NCBI GenBank assembly: GCA_049968235.1
Contig: JBMFRC010000020.1
Span: forward strand, 1 to 59,355
Source: Candidatus Hydrogenedens sp.
Lineage (GTDB): Bacteria; Hydrogenedentota; Hydrogenedentia; Hydrogenedentales; Hydrogenedentaceae
Reading direction: 5' to 3'
Length of the DNA: 59,355 nucleotides
This document shows, in pieces, positions 18,362 to 28,989 of the stretch (position 1 is its first letter; each line of letters starts with the position of its first letter). A model generated the notes under the pieces. That model saw only the letters and a program-made list of their open reading frames with translations. It was not told the DNA's origin and made no database searches. Both the position numbers and the translations under genes were made by a program.

Positions 18362-21300
18362 TTAATGTTTATGCTTTTTATCCAGTATGTTTCTAACTGT
18401 TCTTAATAAATCCTGTCTCCCATAAGGTTTGTTTATAAGATTAAGGTTTTTATCTAAAACAAAGTTGGTGTGTATGGAATTTTCGGAATAACCTGTTGAA
18501 AAAAGGACGGGCAAATCCGGTCGTATTGCTTTTATCTTTTCATAAACCTCTTTTCCATCCATTATAGGCATAATAACATCTAAGATAACAAGGTCAATAG
18601 CATTGATATTTTCTAGGAAAAGTTTAACACATTCTTCACCATCTTTTGCAGATAATACGCGATAACCTGCCTGTTCTAAAATACGCATTGCTACTGAGCG
18701 AACAGATAATTCATCTTCTGCAATTAATATGGTTTCATTTCCCATGAGTTGTTCATTCGCTCCTTTTTCAGTAGTATTTTCTTGTTGTATTTGCTCCTGA
18801 TGGGTAGCAGGCAGATAAATCTTGAAAGTAGTTCCCTTTCCCACCTCTGAATATACATGAATGATGCCGTTATGTTGTTGAACAAGTCCATAAACAGTTG
18901 ATAATCCCAATCCCGTTCCTTTTCCTGTTTCTTTTGTAGTAAAGAACGGGTCAAAACAATGTTCCAATGTATATTTGTCCATACCTATGCCCGTATCTGT
19001 AATACTAATAACCACAAAATCACCTGAAACTGTCCATGAAAGACCCTCTATCATTTCTTTTGATATATATGTGGAACTTGTTTCTATCAAGAGTTTCCCA
19101 CCATCGGGCATAGCATCATTTGCATTAACACAGAGGTTAATTAGAATAACTTCAATTGCATTTTTATCAGCGGAAATCATCGGTATGGAAGTATCCGGTA
19201 TAAAAGTTAATTCTATATTTTCACGGAGAAGTCTCTGTAACATTTTATATATATCATGGACCAGTTCGTTAACATTAATAATTTCTTTTTTCAGTACTTG
19301 CTTCCGGGCAAAGGCTAATAGTTGACGAATTAATGAAGATGCTTTTTGGTTGGCTTTGATTATTTCCTGTATATAAGGGACAATGGGGGAATCCGTATGA
19401 AGTTCTCGTTCTGCCAATTCCGCATAACCATTAATTACCATCAAATGATTATTTAAATCATGGGCAATACCCCCTGCTAATTGTCCAATACTTTCCATCT
19501 TCTGGGATTGTTTAAGGTCATTCTGGAGTTTCAATTCGTAGGTAATATCCCTGAAAATCATTACGATATTCATTAATTCTTTCTGCTCGTTGAATAATGG
19601 GGATATGGAATATTCTATGGTGGATATGTTCCCATCATTTTTAGTCCATTCCAGTTGTCCTCTTATCATTTTCCCACCTTTAAGAGATTTTATCTTTTCT
19701 TGATATTCTTCCTCTTTCATACCATTTTCAAGAAAAGAAGATAAATGTTTACCGGATAATTCCACATTCCCTTTCCCAGTGATTATCTTAACCGCAGGAT
19801 TCGTATAAATAATTACTTCATCTTTATCGGTAATTAGAATGCCCTCTTCCGCAGTTTCTACGGTTTGGATAAGTAAATCCCGCTGTTGTTCGGATTTTAA
19901 TTTATCTCGGTTCATAAGTGTTAAAGCCAATTGGTCTGCAACCTGACAGGCAAATGTAATTTCGTCATTATCCCAGATATGTTTTTCTCCTGTATATTCA
20001 AAACAAATCACTCCTTTATTTTGTTCACCTATTCGAATGCCCACATCTAACATGGATTTAATATTTAGAGGAATGAGATAGTTAGATGTATATCCTTTTG
20101 TTCGTGGGTCTTCCAGAGCGTCATACGCATCCACATATTTCGCTCTTTTTAATTCCTGAAACTCGTTAAAAAACTCTTCTTCATGTAGAACATAACCTGC
20201 TGAGTGGAGTCCAGAAAATAGGTCATAATGGTCTATACATTCTAATTGAGTTCGTTTATCATTAAATAGCCATACATTAACACGAGGAACTTTTAATTTT
20301 TTCCCAATTTCCTCTGTTATATACTTTGCCAAACCCTCAAAATTTCCCCTTGCTACATCTGGATGGGTTACTATACAGGTAAGAATATCGTTTTCAATGA
20401 TTAACCGCTCATTTTTTTCTTTCTGCTTTTCTTCTTCATTTTTTTGCTGAGTTATATCCCATAAATATCCCTGTAAATATAAAAGATTACCATCATCCCA
20501 TACTCCTGTCCCGATTTCTTCTATCCAGACCCAATGCCCATCACGATGCTGGATGCGGTAGAATAAATGATAAGGAAGTCTCTGCCTCAATTTATCATCA
20601 ACTTCATTAAAAATATAGTCCCTATCTTCTGGATGAAAAATATCCGAAAAATTTATTTTTGTAGATATAAACTCGTCTTTTGTATAACCTGTAAGATTAT
20701 AAACAGCATCCGTTAAATAGAGCATGGTGTAGAATTCGTCATTTTTACAGATATAAACCGTTCCGGGAAAATTCTCCGTTAAAAGTTTATACCTTCTTTC
20801 ACTTTCTTCCAGACTTCTCCTTGCTATCTTCGAATGTTTTAATGAATATTCCAGCATTTTGTTTGTTTTCATGATTTTATAAGCATAGATAATGGATGAA
20901 ATGGCAACAATAAGCAATGTCCAGAAAACAAGGAAAGAAATAATAAAATAACGTTGCCTTTTAATAAACTCAACAGTTGTTTCTTTTTCTACCTCTTCAA
21001 ATGGAGGTAGTCGTAGTTTCCGCACAAGTTCCTCAACAGAAGTGTAACTTAAATGAGGTATCCAACCGGCAGAGTCAATACATTGTGCTTCAGGACTTCC
21101 AGGAGGGATTTTTAAAAGAGCAAGAAGCATTTTCTTTTTAACTTCTTCCGGAATAGTAGAATGTGCAATACAACATGCTTCCGGGAATACATCCGTACTA
21201 TAAGGGTATGCAATTACTTTACTTCTTTTATTGTTTATAATTTTTACGGATTCTTCCTTTATTTTTCCTTCTTGAATAAATTTCCACAAATAAAAAGCAC

Positions 21301-21910
21301 TTATACAGCCTACATCCGCATTACCTGTAAGAACTGTTTGTAATACATCTTCATGATTTCCAGCAAAAACGATAGCGTTAAAATCTCTATCAGGTTCTAT
21401 TCCTTGTTTTTTAAATTCATGATATGGGAGAATCCATCCTGCAAAAAAATCCTTCCCGGGAATACAAACCTTCTTCCCGATAACATCTCGTATTGTATTT
21501 ATATCTTCACGGTCAGACCCACAAAAAATAGTCCCTGCTTGATATTCTGTTATCCCTTCAGGTCCTTTACGAACTATCGTGGCTATGAAACTATAAGCAT
21601 TGATATGTCCTGCAAGTATGGATGTGTAAGGATTACAAATAGCAAAATCAAGTTCGCCCCAGGATAATGACCTTATTAGGGTATCATCGGAAAGACATAA
21701 AAATTGGAATTGATAATCGGGAAACTCATTTTTTAAATATTGAATAAAAGGCTGGATGGATTGTGGGTTTGCTATTTCATTTAAAAATTTTTGATAGCCA
21801 ATGGTTATCTTTTTATCTGTATTTTGAGTATCTGCGTTTAAATTATTAGTAAGTGTAATAATATAGAAAAAGATTAGAAAGACTATATAAATCGTTTTTA
21901 TTTTCTTCAT
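18362..21910 (-). CDS. hybrid sensor histidine kinase with N-terminal PhnD/SsuA-like periplasmic substrate-binding domain, PAS-GAF-PAS, HisKA-HATPase, REC
   Basis: Signal peptide. ~300-aa periplasmic binding-protein-like domain. TM helix. H-box AHDLNNHL. G-boxes GLGLSTV/GKGTTF. C-terminal receiver (LIAEDE...DVIMPIMDG). Confidence 0.8.
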   Translation of the reverse strand: MKKIKTIYIVFLIFFYIITLTNNLNADTQNTDKKITIGYQKFLNEIANPQSIQPFIQYLKNEFPDYQFQFLCLSDDTLIRSLSWGELDFAICNPYTSILAGHINAYSFIATIVRKGPEGITEYQAGTIFCGSDREDINTIRDVIGKKVCIPGKDFFAGWILPYHEFKKQGIEPDRDFNAIVFAGNHEDVLQTVLTGNADVGCISAFYLWKFIQEGKIKEESVKIINNKRSKVIAYPYSTDVFPEACCIAHSTIPEEVKKKMLLALLKIPPGSPEAQCIDSAGWIPHLSYTSVEELVRKLRLPPFEEVEKETTVEFIKRQRYFIISFLVFWTLLIVAISSIIYAYKIMKTNKMLEYSLKHSKIARRSLEESERRYKLLTENFPGTVYICKNDEFYTMLYLTDAVYNLTGYTKDEFISTKINFSDIFHPEDRDYIFNEVDDKLRQRLPYHLFYRIQHRDGHWVWIEEIGTGVWDDGNLLYLQGYLWDITQQKNEEEKQKEKNERLIIENDILTCIVTHPDVARGNFEGLAKYITEEIGKKLKVPRVNVWLFNDKRTQLECIDHYDLFSGLHSAGYVLHEEEFFNEFQELKRAKYVDAYDALEDPRTKGYTSNYLIPLNIKSMLDVGIRIGEQNKGVICFEYTGEKHIWDNDEITFACQVADQLALTLMNRDKLKSEQQRDLLIQTVETAEEGILITDKDEVIIYTNPAVKIITGKGNVELSGKHLSSFLENGMKEEEYQEKIKSLKGGKMIRGQLEWTKNDGNISTIEYSISPLFNEQKELMNIVMIFRDITYELKLQNDLKQSQKMESIGQLAGGIAHDLNNHLMVINGYAELAERELHTDSPIVPYIQEIIKANQKASSLIRQLLAFARKQVLKKEIINVNELVHDIYKMLQRLLRENIELTFIPDTSIPMISADKNAIEVILINLCVNANDAMPDGGKLLIETSSTYISKEMIEGLSWTVSGDFVVISITDTGIGMDKYTLEHCFDPFFTTKETGKGTGLGLSTVYGLVQQHNGIIHVYSEVGKGTTFKIYLPATHQEQIQQENTTEKGANEQLMGNETILIAEDELSVRSVAMRILEQAGYRVLSAKDGEECVKLFLENINAIDLVILDVIMPIMDGKEVYEKIKAIRPDLPVLFSTGYSENSIHTNFVLDKNLNLINKPYGRQDLLRTVRNILDKKHKH

Positions 21911-22185
21911 AAAATAAATTGTTAAATTAGAACATTTATTCTAATAAATTCACACATAAAATTTATTATATGTAATAATTGACACTTTTTCAATTTTATA
22001 TTAAGCAAAATTTTTTATAAGGGATTTAACTGAATGTGCACGATGAGACAGATGGGACAGATTTTGATTTAATGGATAATAATAATGACAGGAGAGATAT
22101 GAAAGTAAAAGAAAAATAGGGTGTCTAAATAATATGAAATTATCTATTTTGTTTATCTTATACTACACATCAGAGGTAATTATGA

Positions 22186-22620
22186 CTAAAAATACATATT
22201 AATTCCTTCAACAAATTTTTTTATTTCATCTCGAACCCTACGATAAATATTAAGTATTTCCTCTTCTGTTTTAGCGGATTGAGCGAGATATGGTGGGTCT
22301 TCAAATCCTACATGAATTATTTTCGTTTTCCCTGGGAAAAGAGGACACTGTTCCCGGGCGTTATCACAAACAGTAATAACAAGGTCAAAATCACGAGAAG
22401 GTAATTCAGCAACTGTTTTAGAATAGTGATGAGATATATCTACACCAACTTCAGCCATAACTTTGACCGCGTAAGGATTTAAACCATGTTTTTCTACGCC
22501 AGCAGAAAAAGGTTCAATAGTGTCATTCCAAAAATATCTTGTCCAGCCCTCTGCCATTTGACTTCGACATGAATTACCGGTGCATAAAAACAATATCTTT
22601 TTCTTTGTTATCTTTGACAT
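22186..22620 (-). CDS. arsC: arsenate reductase, LMW phosphotyrosine phosphatase family (thioredoxin-coupled ArsC)
   Basis: P-loop CTGNSCRS. Correct size of ~140 aa. Confidence 0.8.
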   Translation of the reverse strand: MSKITKKKILFLCTGNSCRSQMAEGWTRYFWNDTIEPFSAGVEKHGLNPYAVKVMAEVGVDISHHYSKTVAELPSRDFDLVITVCDNAREQCPLFPGKTKIIHVGFEDPPYLAQSAKTEEEILNIYRRVRDEIKKFVEGINMYF

Positions 22621-22623
22621 TTT

Positions 22624-23721
22624 TTATTCCTTTTGTTTTGATATATTTCTAAAGGTTTCAATCCGATGAAAGGTCAAATAGTTAGCGTCGTGAAAATTAT
22701 TCGCTCCTCCAAAATCGTCATCATAAGCAGTGCGAACAACTGCAATAATATCTTCATTTTCAAACACCCAGTCTGCATATTGAAAACCGTGTTTGTCCAT
22801 ATTGGGATGATGAAGTATGGTTTTATAAAGTTCCCAGTTTTTCAAGTCGGTACTGGATGCAAGAACGAGTGTGTTTCGAATCCGAGCAGGATGGCGTTCT
22901 TTTATTTGTTCAGGAGAGTGCCAATTACAAAGTGTCCAGTATCTTTTTGTTTGTTCATCAAACCGTATGGTAAATTTTGTTGTTCCTCCGTTAAAATTTA
23001 CAAAACCTGTTTGTGGGTCAAAAGAAATTTTCTTTCCATCATCACTAATAGAAATAATGGCTGATTTTCCTCCTATTTTTGTGTCAACACGAAGCATATT
23101 AACAAGTTTTCCATCTGTAGTTGGTATGATATTCCCTTCCAACCAACCGTAAAACTCGCCATTCAGCCAGTCTTTTGATTTAGGTATACAATTACTAAAA
23201 GTCCAACTTTCAGCGTCTAATAAATTAGAACCTATAGGAGCACTCATAACAAATGCACGATATCGGTCACCCCATTTATCACTACCCATAGCATCTTCAA
23301 ATGCTCGCCAGATTCTACCGTTAAACTCAATCACAGTAACAGGAGCGGTATGATATTGAGCGGTATCTATAATGCCTGATTTTTTACTTATAGGTGTTGT
23401 CCATGTCCAGCCTTCATCGTCCGATTTACTAATTACTATATTCCCATGATGGCGGTCTGTACCCAACATATATATTTCATTGTTATATTTAAAAATACTT
23501 GCCCAGAACATTCCTTTGATGGTTGCTATTCTTTTCCATGAAATACCTTTATCTTCAGAACGATAGATATGTGTTACTGCTAACGAATGCTCTGTGGACA
23601 TTGGTCCAAACTCATCATGTTTTGCTAAATAAATTCCATCACGAACAATCACAATCCCCGGAGAGCCTATATATATACCTGTGTTAGCACATGAGTGTGT
23701 TATAACAATTCCGGGAGGCAA
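22624..23721 (-). CDS. BNR-repeat (sialidase-like) glycoside hydrolase family protein
   Basis: Asp-box/BNR motifs SEDKGISW, SDDEGWTW, SDDGKKIS. TTG start in the ORF track. No clear signal peptide. Confidence 0.55.
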   Translation of the reverse strand: MPPGIVITHSCANTGIYIGSPGIVIVRDGIYLAKHDEFGPMSTEHSLAVTHIYRSEDKGISWKRIATIKGMFWASIFKYNNEIYMLGTDRHHGNIVISKSDDEGWTWTTPISKKSGIIDTAQYHTAPVTVIEFNGRIWRAFEDAMGSDKWGDRYRAFVMSAPIGSNLLDAESWTFSNCIPKSKDWLNGEFYGWLEGNIIPTTDGKLVNMLRVDTKIGGKSAIISISDDGKKISFDPQTGFVNFNGGTTKFTIRFDEQTKRYWTLCNWHSPEQIKERHPARIRNTLVLASSTDLKNWELYKTILHHPNMDKHGFQYADWVFENEDIIAVVRTAYDDDFGGANNFHDANYLTFHRIETFRNISKQKE

Positions 23722-23952
23722 TTCTGAAAATAGGACATTTGCATAAGTTAGTAAAATAAAAAAAAAATGACCACATAAAATATCTCCTCATTAAACAAAA
23801 GTATATCACATTTTATTTGTAATATGATGATAACTACAAATGTTTGTTAAAGTATTACGCAAGGGGTTATACTTAACGATAAGTATATTCATGATTTGAT
23901 TTTTGTATTATATTTTTGCTATATATAATCATTATAAAAGAAGGTAAGGGTT

Positions 23953-24264
23953 ATGGCTACATTGATAAAACAAGTTATTGAAATAGAAGAAAAGGCTGGA
24001 AAAACCTTAGAAGAAGCTAAACAGCAAGCAAAAAAAATCCTGGAACAGGCGGATGAGGAAATAAAACAAATTGTTTCAGATATAGAAGTAAAGACGGAAG
24101 AAAGAATTAAAAAATATCGAGAACAAGCAGAACAAAAAGAAAAACAAGAGGAAGAAAAATTAAAGGAAGCAGGTGAAGAACAGGTAAAAAAAGTAAAGGA
24201 TATTCCACAGTCAAAGATTGACGAACAGGTTCAATTTGTCGTTAAGAAACTAAAAGAACTTTAA
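23953..24264 (+). CDS. V/A-type ATPase small coiled-coil stator subunit (G/H-like)
   Basis: Highly charged E/K-rich 103-aa helical protein in the first position of the V-ATPase operon, as subunit G is in the Thermus atp operon. Confidence 0.55.
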   Translation: MATLIKQVIEIEEKAGKTLEEAKQQAKKILEQADEEIKQIVSDIEVKTEERIKKYREQAEQKEKQEEEKLKEAGEEQVKKVKDIPQSKIDEQVQFVVKKLKEL

Positions 24265-24283
24265 GGAAAAAAGAGAGCGGGCT

Positions 24284-26359
24284 ATGGCTATAGACCGAAT
24301 GAAAAAAGTAACATTATTAACTCCTGTGCAGGCTTCGCAAAGGCTTTTAAAAACTATACATAGTTTAGGTGTCTGTGAAGTTTCTGATGTGTTGAATCAT
24401 TATCCTGAATTGAAAGATGCACTCAAAAGACCCGCCATTATAACAGATGAAATTGACAGCAATCTCCAAAAAATTCAAACGATACTTTCTTTATTAGATA
24501 TTTTTTCTCCCGTTGTTAAAGGTTTTATACAGGGTTTAGCACCTGTTCCTTTATTAATTACAAAAGAAGAATTAGATAATGCATTGCATAAATTTGATTT
24601 GGAAGAAGTTTATAAAGAAGCACAAATATTAGACACTGAATATCGAAAGGTAGAAAGAAATATTTCTGCAATAGAAAATCAAATTACAGAACTAACTCCG
24701 TTTGAAGATTTACCTTTTGCTATCCATGAGTTTCGTAAGCCCCAAAAAATAAAATTGCTTTTTGGTAAAATTGGTAATGCTTCTTATCAGGCACTTCAAA
24801 AAGATAATGAGTTCAAGAAAAAGACAGCAGTTGAAATTGTATATCCGGGGCAGTATTACAGGAAATCAGAGAAAGTAGGTGAACTTCCACAGTATGGACC
24901 TAAAGATACTATTCGTATTTTAGTTGCATGTTTATCGAATGATTTGCCAGAGATACAGAAAAAACTGAGAGAATATGGATTTGAAGAGATAAGTTTGCCC
25001 GAAATTAATGGGACAGTCCGTGACCATATCCGCGAATTAAAAGCGGATTTATCTACCTTAAAAGTTCAGGTTCAAGAAATTGCCAATAAGGCACATAAAC
25101 TATCTGTTCATCGTAGAACGGCAGAAGTATTAAAAGCATATTGGGAAAACAAAAAACGAATGGTTTTAACGAAATCAAAAGCGGTAGAGGGGAAATGGAT
25201 ACAAATTTTGTCGGGCTATGTCAGGGAAATGGATTTACCCAAATTACAACAAGTTATAAAGAATGAAATGCCTGAAGTTTCTATTCTTATAGAAGACCCA
25301 GCCCCGGGAGAAGATGTGCCGATAAGTATATCTTTGCCTCCATTGGTGAGACCTATTCAGATGTTAATTAATATGTATGGGCTTCCTCCGTATGATTTCT
25401 TTGACCCATCTCCTACTTTAATTTGGGGCTTTTTATTGTTCTTTGGTATATGCTTTGGTGATGTAGCATATGGAATCATTCTATTATTGGCAAGTCTTTA
25501 TATAATGAAACGAACGCGTCCCTATGAAGGTATATACAATTTTGCAAAATTATTATTTTTTGCTTCTATCCCTACAATAATTTGTGGTTTCTTATTGGGT
25601 TCATTGTTCGGTGATTTATATAAACCCGAATATTTAGGAGAAAATAATATACTACAGCGGATAATGGAGAAGACGACAGTATTAAATCCAATGGACCAAC
25701 CTGTTATTTTATTAATGATTGCATTAGTTATCGGGGTATTAAATCAGTTTTTCGGTATTGGCTTGAAGATGTATGGGATGGCAAAGAGGGGAGACAAAGC
25801 AGGAGCGGTTATGGACGGATTAATGTGGCTGATAGCCCTTCCAGGTTTTATAATTATTGTAAGTGGAATGTTTGTTACTCCTCCTTCGTGGTTAAATTGG
25901 ATAGGAATTTCTCTTTTTGGAATTGGTGCATTAGGGCTTGTATTGACCCAGGGGAGGGACCAAGCAAATCCTGTTGCACGGTTTGTAACAGGATTAATTA
26001 GTTTATATGGTATTGTGGGTAGTTATGGTATAACTGCATTTATAGGGGATACGATGTCTTACTGCCGTTTACTGGCTCTGGGTTTAACCACATCCATTGT
26101 TGCTATGTCCTTTAATATGATTGCTAACCTTTTGAGACCTATTCCCTATGTAGGAATTATCATTTTTATACTGGCTTTAATTGTAGGTCATTTATTTAAT
26201 TTTCTAATAAGCGTTATGGGTGCATTTGTTCACTCCATGCGTCTTATTCTGGTAGAATTTTTTGGTAGATTCTACGAGGGAGGTGGAAAACCATTTGAAC
26301 CTTTAGGATTTAATTCGGAAAGTGCTATTTTAGTAACTTCTGATGAAAAAAATAAATAA
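24284..26359 (+). CDS. atpI: V/A-type ATPase subunit I (a-subunit)
   Basis: The 691-aa protein has an ~330-aa soluble N-terminal half and a polytopic C-terminal half. Confidence 0.8.
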   Translation: MAIDRMKKVTLLTPVQASQRLLKTIHSLGVCEVSDVLNHYPELKDALKRPAIITDEIDSNLQKIQTILSLLDIFSPVVKGFIQGLAPVPLLITKEELDNALHKFDLEEVYKEAQILDTEYRKVERNISAIENQITELTPFEDLPFAIHEFRKPQKIKLLFGKIGNASYQALQKDNEFKKKTAVEIVYPGQYYRKSEKVGELPQYGPKDTIRILVACLSNDLPEIQKKLREYGFEEISLPEINGTVRDHIRELKADLSTLKVQVQEIANKAHKLSVHRRTAEVLKAYWENKKRMVLTKSKAVEGKWIQILSGYVREMDLPKLQQVIKNEMPEVSILIEDPAPGEDVPISISLPPLVRPIQMLINMYGLPPYDFFDPSPTLIWGFLLFFGICFGDVAYGIILLLASLYIMKRTRPYEGIYNFAKLLFFASIPTIICGFLLGSLFGDLYKPEYLGENNILQRIMEKTTVLNPMDQPVILLMIALVIGVLNQFFGIGLKMYGMAKRGDKAGAVMDGLMWLIALPGFIIIVSGMFVTPPSWLNWIGISLFGIGALGLVLTQGRDQANPVARFVTGLISLYGIVGSYGITAFIGDTMSYCRLLALGLTTSIVAMSFNMIANLLRPIPYVGIIIFILALIVGHLFNFLISVMGAFVHSMRLILVEFFGRFYEGGGKPFEPLGFNSESAILVTSDEKNK

Positions 26360-26411
26360 ACAATTTAAGGAATAAATAAAACGATAACCGTAAAAAGATG
26401 GAGATAAGTGT

Positions 26412-26933
26412 ATGGATAACGCACTTGCAATCGAGATTGGTCGTGGTTTGGCAATTGCTGGAGCAGGTTTAGCGGTAGGTTTAGGTTGCTCCGGGTCCGG
26501 AAAAGGAATTGGAATTGCTTCCCAGGCAGTTGGAGGCGTTCTAAGTGAGAAACCAGATTTGTTCGGAAGATTATTAGTTCTACTGGCACTTCCTGGAACA
26601 CAAGGGTTCTATGGCTTCATCACTGCCATACTTATCTTTGTCCGTTCCGGATTAATTACCGGACAAATGATAATTACACCTGGAACCGGGTTAGCACTAT
26701 TCGTGTTAGGTTTCGGTGTCGGATTGGCATTGTATTTCTCTGCTCAGTGGCAGGGTGAAGCGTCTGCGGCAAGTATCTCATTGGTAGCACGCAGACCGGA
26801 AGCATTTGGTCGTTCCGTCATTCTCCCTGCAATGGTGGAAACTTATGCTGTGGTAGCCTTACTTGTTGCTATTCTAGCTATTAATTGGTTAACTGCAAAC
26901 AATGATGTTACTGCATTTATTCGCACACAGTAA
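26412..26933 (+). CDS. atpK: V/A-type ATPase proteolipid subunit K (c-subunit, duplicated hairpin)
   Basis: Gly/Ala-rich TM helices (GLAIAGAGLAVGLG). Conserved acidic residue in PAMVETYA. 173 aa is consistent with four TM helices. Confidence 0.8.
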   Translation: MDNALAIEIGRGLAIAGAGLAVGLGCSGSGKGIGIASQAVGGVLSEKPDLFGRLLVLLALPGTQGFYGFITAILIFVRSGLITGQMIITPGTGLALFVLGFGVGLALYFSAQWQGEASAASISLVARRPEAFGRSVILPAMVETYAVVALLVAILAINWLTANNDVTAFIRTQ

Positions 26934-26986
26934 TTGAAGAAAAAAATAAATAAAAGTTTTTTGCCTTCACAGTAAGGAATAATAAA

Positions 26987-27580
26987 ATGGCATTAGATGA
27001 AATTAGTAAAGCAGTTTTAGACTCAGTTCAGCGGGAAGCAGAACTGATAATAAAATCTGCAATGAAGGAAGCCGAGGAAAAGAAAAAAAATGCTCAACGA
27101 AGTGCAGAAGAAAAAGCAGAACGGTTATATCAATTAGCTATCCGAAATATTGATGAGGAGATGGCAAGGAAATCCGTTCAGGTTCAAGGGCAGATTAATA
27201 AAGAAGTTCTGAAAGAAAAAAATATTATCATAACTCAGGTATTCCAGAAAGCTAGAGAACTAGTTCTAAAATCATCGGCACAAGAATATCAACAATTGAT
27301 GGAAAAATTATTAACCCGTGCTATTCCACAGGGTAGTAAAGGAACTATTCGTGTTCATAAAGATGATTTAGAACTTTTCAAAAGTTTGGTCAACAAATGG
27401 AATACAAGCCATGGGACTGTATTAACGATTGATGATAAAACTTTTCTTCCTTCTCGTGGAGGATTTTTATTTATCACAGATGGATACCAGGTGGACCAGA
27501 CACTGGATACTATTTTAAGTGATTTACAAAGGGAAATAGTTCCCATAGTTGCTCAGAATTTATTTATCGGAAATACTTAA
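26987..27580 (+). CDS. atpE: V/A-type ATPase subunit E
   Basis: The 197-aa protein has a long N-terminal charged helix and a globular C-terminus. It sits in the operon position matching subunit E. Confidence 0.75.
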   Translation: MALDEISKAVLDSVQREAELIIKSAMKEAEEKKKNAQRSAEEKAERLYQLAIRNIDEEMARKSVQVQGQINKEVLKEKNIIITQVFQKARELVLKSSAQEYQQLMEKLLTRAIPQGSKGTIRVHKDDLELFKSLVNKWNTSHGTVLTIDDKTFLPSRGGFLFITDGYQVDQTLDTILSDLQREIVPIVAQNLFIGNT

Positions 27581-27604
27581 TAGAAAACAAGAAGGAGTAG
27601 GTGC

Positions 27605-28597
27605 TTGAAAGCCCTTTCAAAAGGACAACATCGCTGGGGATTTGTATGTGGACAGATTAGTGTATTAGAAGGGCGATTGATGTCCTATGACTTTTTTATG
27701 AACCTTGGAAGTATTGAAAAGTCAGAAGATGTTTTGCATCGTCTTCAAGAGACTTCCCTTCGCGAATTTATGGTTCCCGGTGCAGAAACATGGGAAGATT
27801 GGAGTACTATTATTGATAGCTATGTCCATTCTCAAATAAATGAATTAAAGAAGGCATCGCCATCTCCCGAAATTACAGATGTTTTCTTATTAAATGAAGA
27901 CTATGTTAACTTAAAACGAGCAATTAATGGTAAGAATGCACTTTTCCCTAAAAATGTATTTAGTGATTCACGATTAACTGAAATTGCTTCTGGAAATCCT
28001 GCTTTATTCCCTGAAATTATTAGACCATCTATTAGTGCTATTGCTAATTCTGCAGGTGCACAAACCGAAAATCCAATAATTACGGATATTGTGCTGGATG
28101 GTTGTTATTTAAGACAGTATTTGTGGCTTATCTCGAGACTTAATTGTCCCCTGTTAAATGAATGGTCGGAATCTCGTGTTCTTTCTAAATTAATAGTAGT
28201 TCTCTGGCGAGCATTAAAAGCAGGACACAATCTGAAAATGTTCCAACAATATTTGCTACCACTGGAACCGTTTAATCATTTAGTTACGGAACTTTGTACC
28301 ACAACAGAATTAAGGTCTTGGGGAAATATTATACCCGGAATAATAGGTGACATCTGGAGAGAATGTTTTGAATTGAGTGAAGATGAACAGATTTCAAAAT
28401 TTGAACAAAAAATTTCCGATTTTATAACTCAGCAAGTGAAACAAGCAAAATTACAAACAATGGGTCCTGAAAGAGTGGCTGCATTTTGTTGGGGGCTTAA
28501 CATGGAAGCATTCAATTTGAAACTGATTGTAAGCGGTAAACTTAATGGTTTGCCTTCTAATATGCTTAAAGACAGGATTCGACAGACTTATGTATAA
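27605..28597 (+). CDS. atpC: V/A-type ATPase subunit C (d-subunit)
   Basis: The 330-aa helical protein has a TTG start 9 nt after AAGGAG. Operon position is between E and F. Confidence 0.7.
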   Translation: MKALSKGQHRWGFVCGQISVLEGRLMSYDFFMNLGSIEKSEDVLHRLQETSLREFMVPGAETWEDWSTIIDSYVHSQINELKKASPSPEITDVFLLNEDYVNLKRAINGKNALFPKNVFSDSRLTEIASGNPALFPEIIRPSISAIANSAGAQTENPIITDIVLDGCYLRQYLWLISRLNCPLLNEWSESRVLSKLIVVLWRALKAGHNLKMFQQYLLPLEPFNHLVTELCTTTELRSWGNIIPGIIGDIWRECFELSEDEQISKFEQKISDFITQQVKQAKLQTMGPERVAAFCWGLNMEAFNLKLIVSGKLNGLPSNMLKDRIRQTYV

Positions 28598-28913
28598 AGC
28601 GTATGTTATAGGTGAAAAAGGTTTAATACAGGGATTTAAATCAGCGGGTTTTGAAGTGTGCCATGCTTTAACTCCTCATGATTTACAACTAATTTTCCAG
28701 CAAATACAGCAAGAAGGTGGGGCTTCAATCATTCTGATAACAGAAGAACTTGCAAAAGAATCCAGAGAAATCATACAAGACTATAGGTTAGTAAGCAATG
28801 CAGTTATAACAACGATACCAACACATAAAGGCACCCAACATCTGGGATTTAAAGAAATGAAAAGACAGATAGAATATTCAATCGGCGTTGATATGCTCGG
28901 GAAAGAGGAATAA
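28590..28913 (+). CDS. atpF: V/A-type ATPase subunit F
   Basis: MYKAYVIGEKGLIQGFKSAGFEV is the typical subunit F N-terminus. The ATG at 28590 overlaps the atpC stop (ATGTATAA). The ORF-track start at 28545 is probably over-extended. Confidence 0.75.
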   Translation: MYKAYVIGEKGLIQGFKSAGFEVCHALTPHDLQLIFQQIQQEGGASIILITEELAKESREIIQDYRLVSNAVITTIPTHKGTQHLGFKEMKRQIEYSIGVDMLGKEE

Positions 28914-28989
28914 GCCCGATGAACATAAATAAGAAAAACATATTAAATGTAATAATGTGAATAAAAAAGGAACATTAGGGAAATAGAAT

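Noticed and set aside
22666-23152. Plus-strand ORFs 22666..23064 and 22871..23152 inside the BNR hydrolase gene.
   Set aside because: Cys/Phe-rich translations typical of antisense frames within a gene that has conserved Asp-box motifs.
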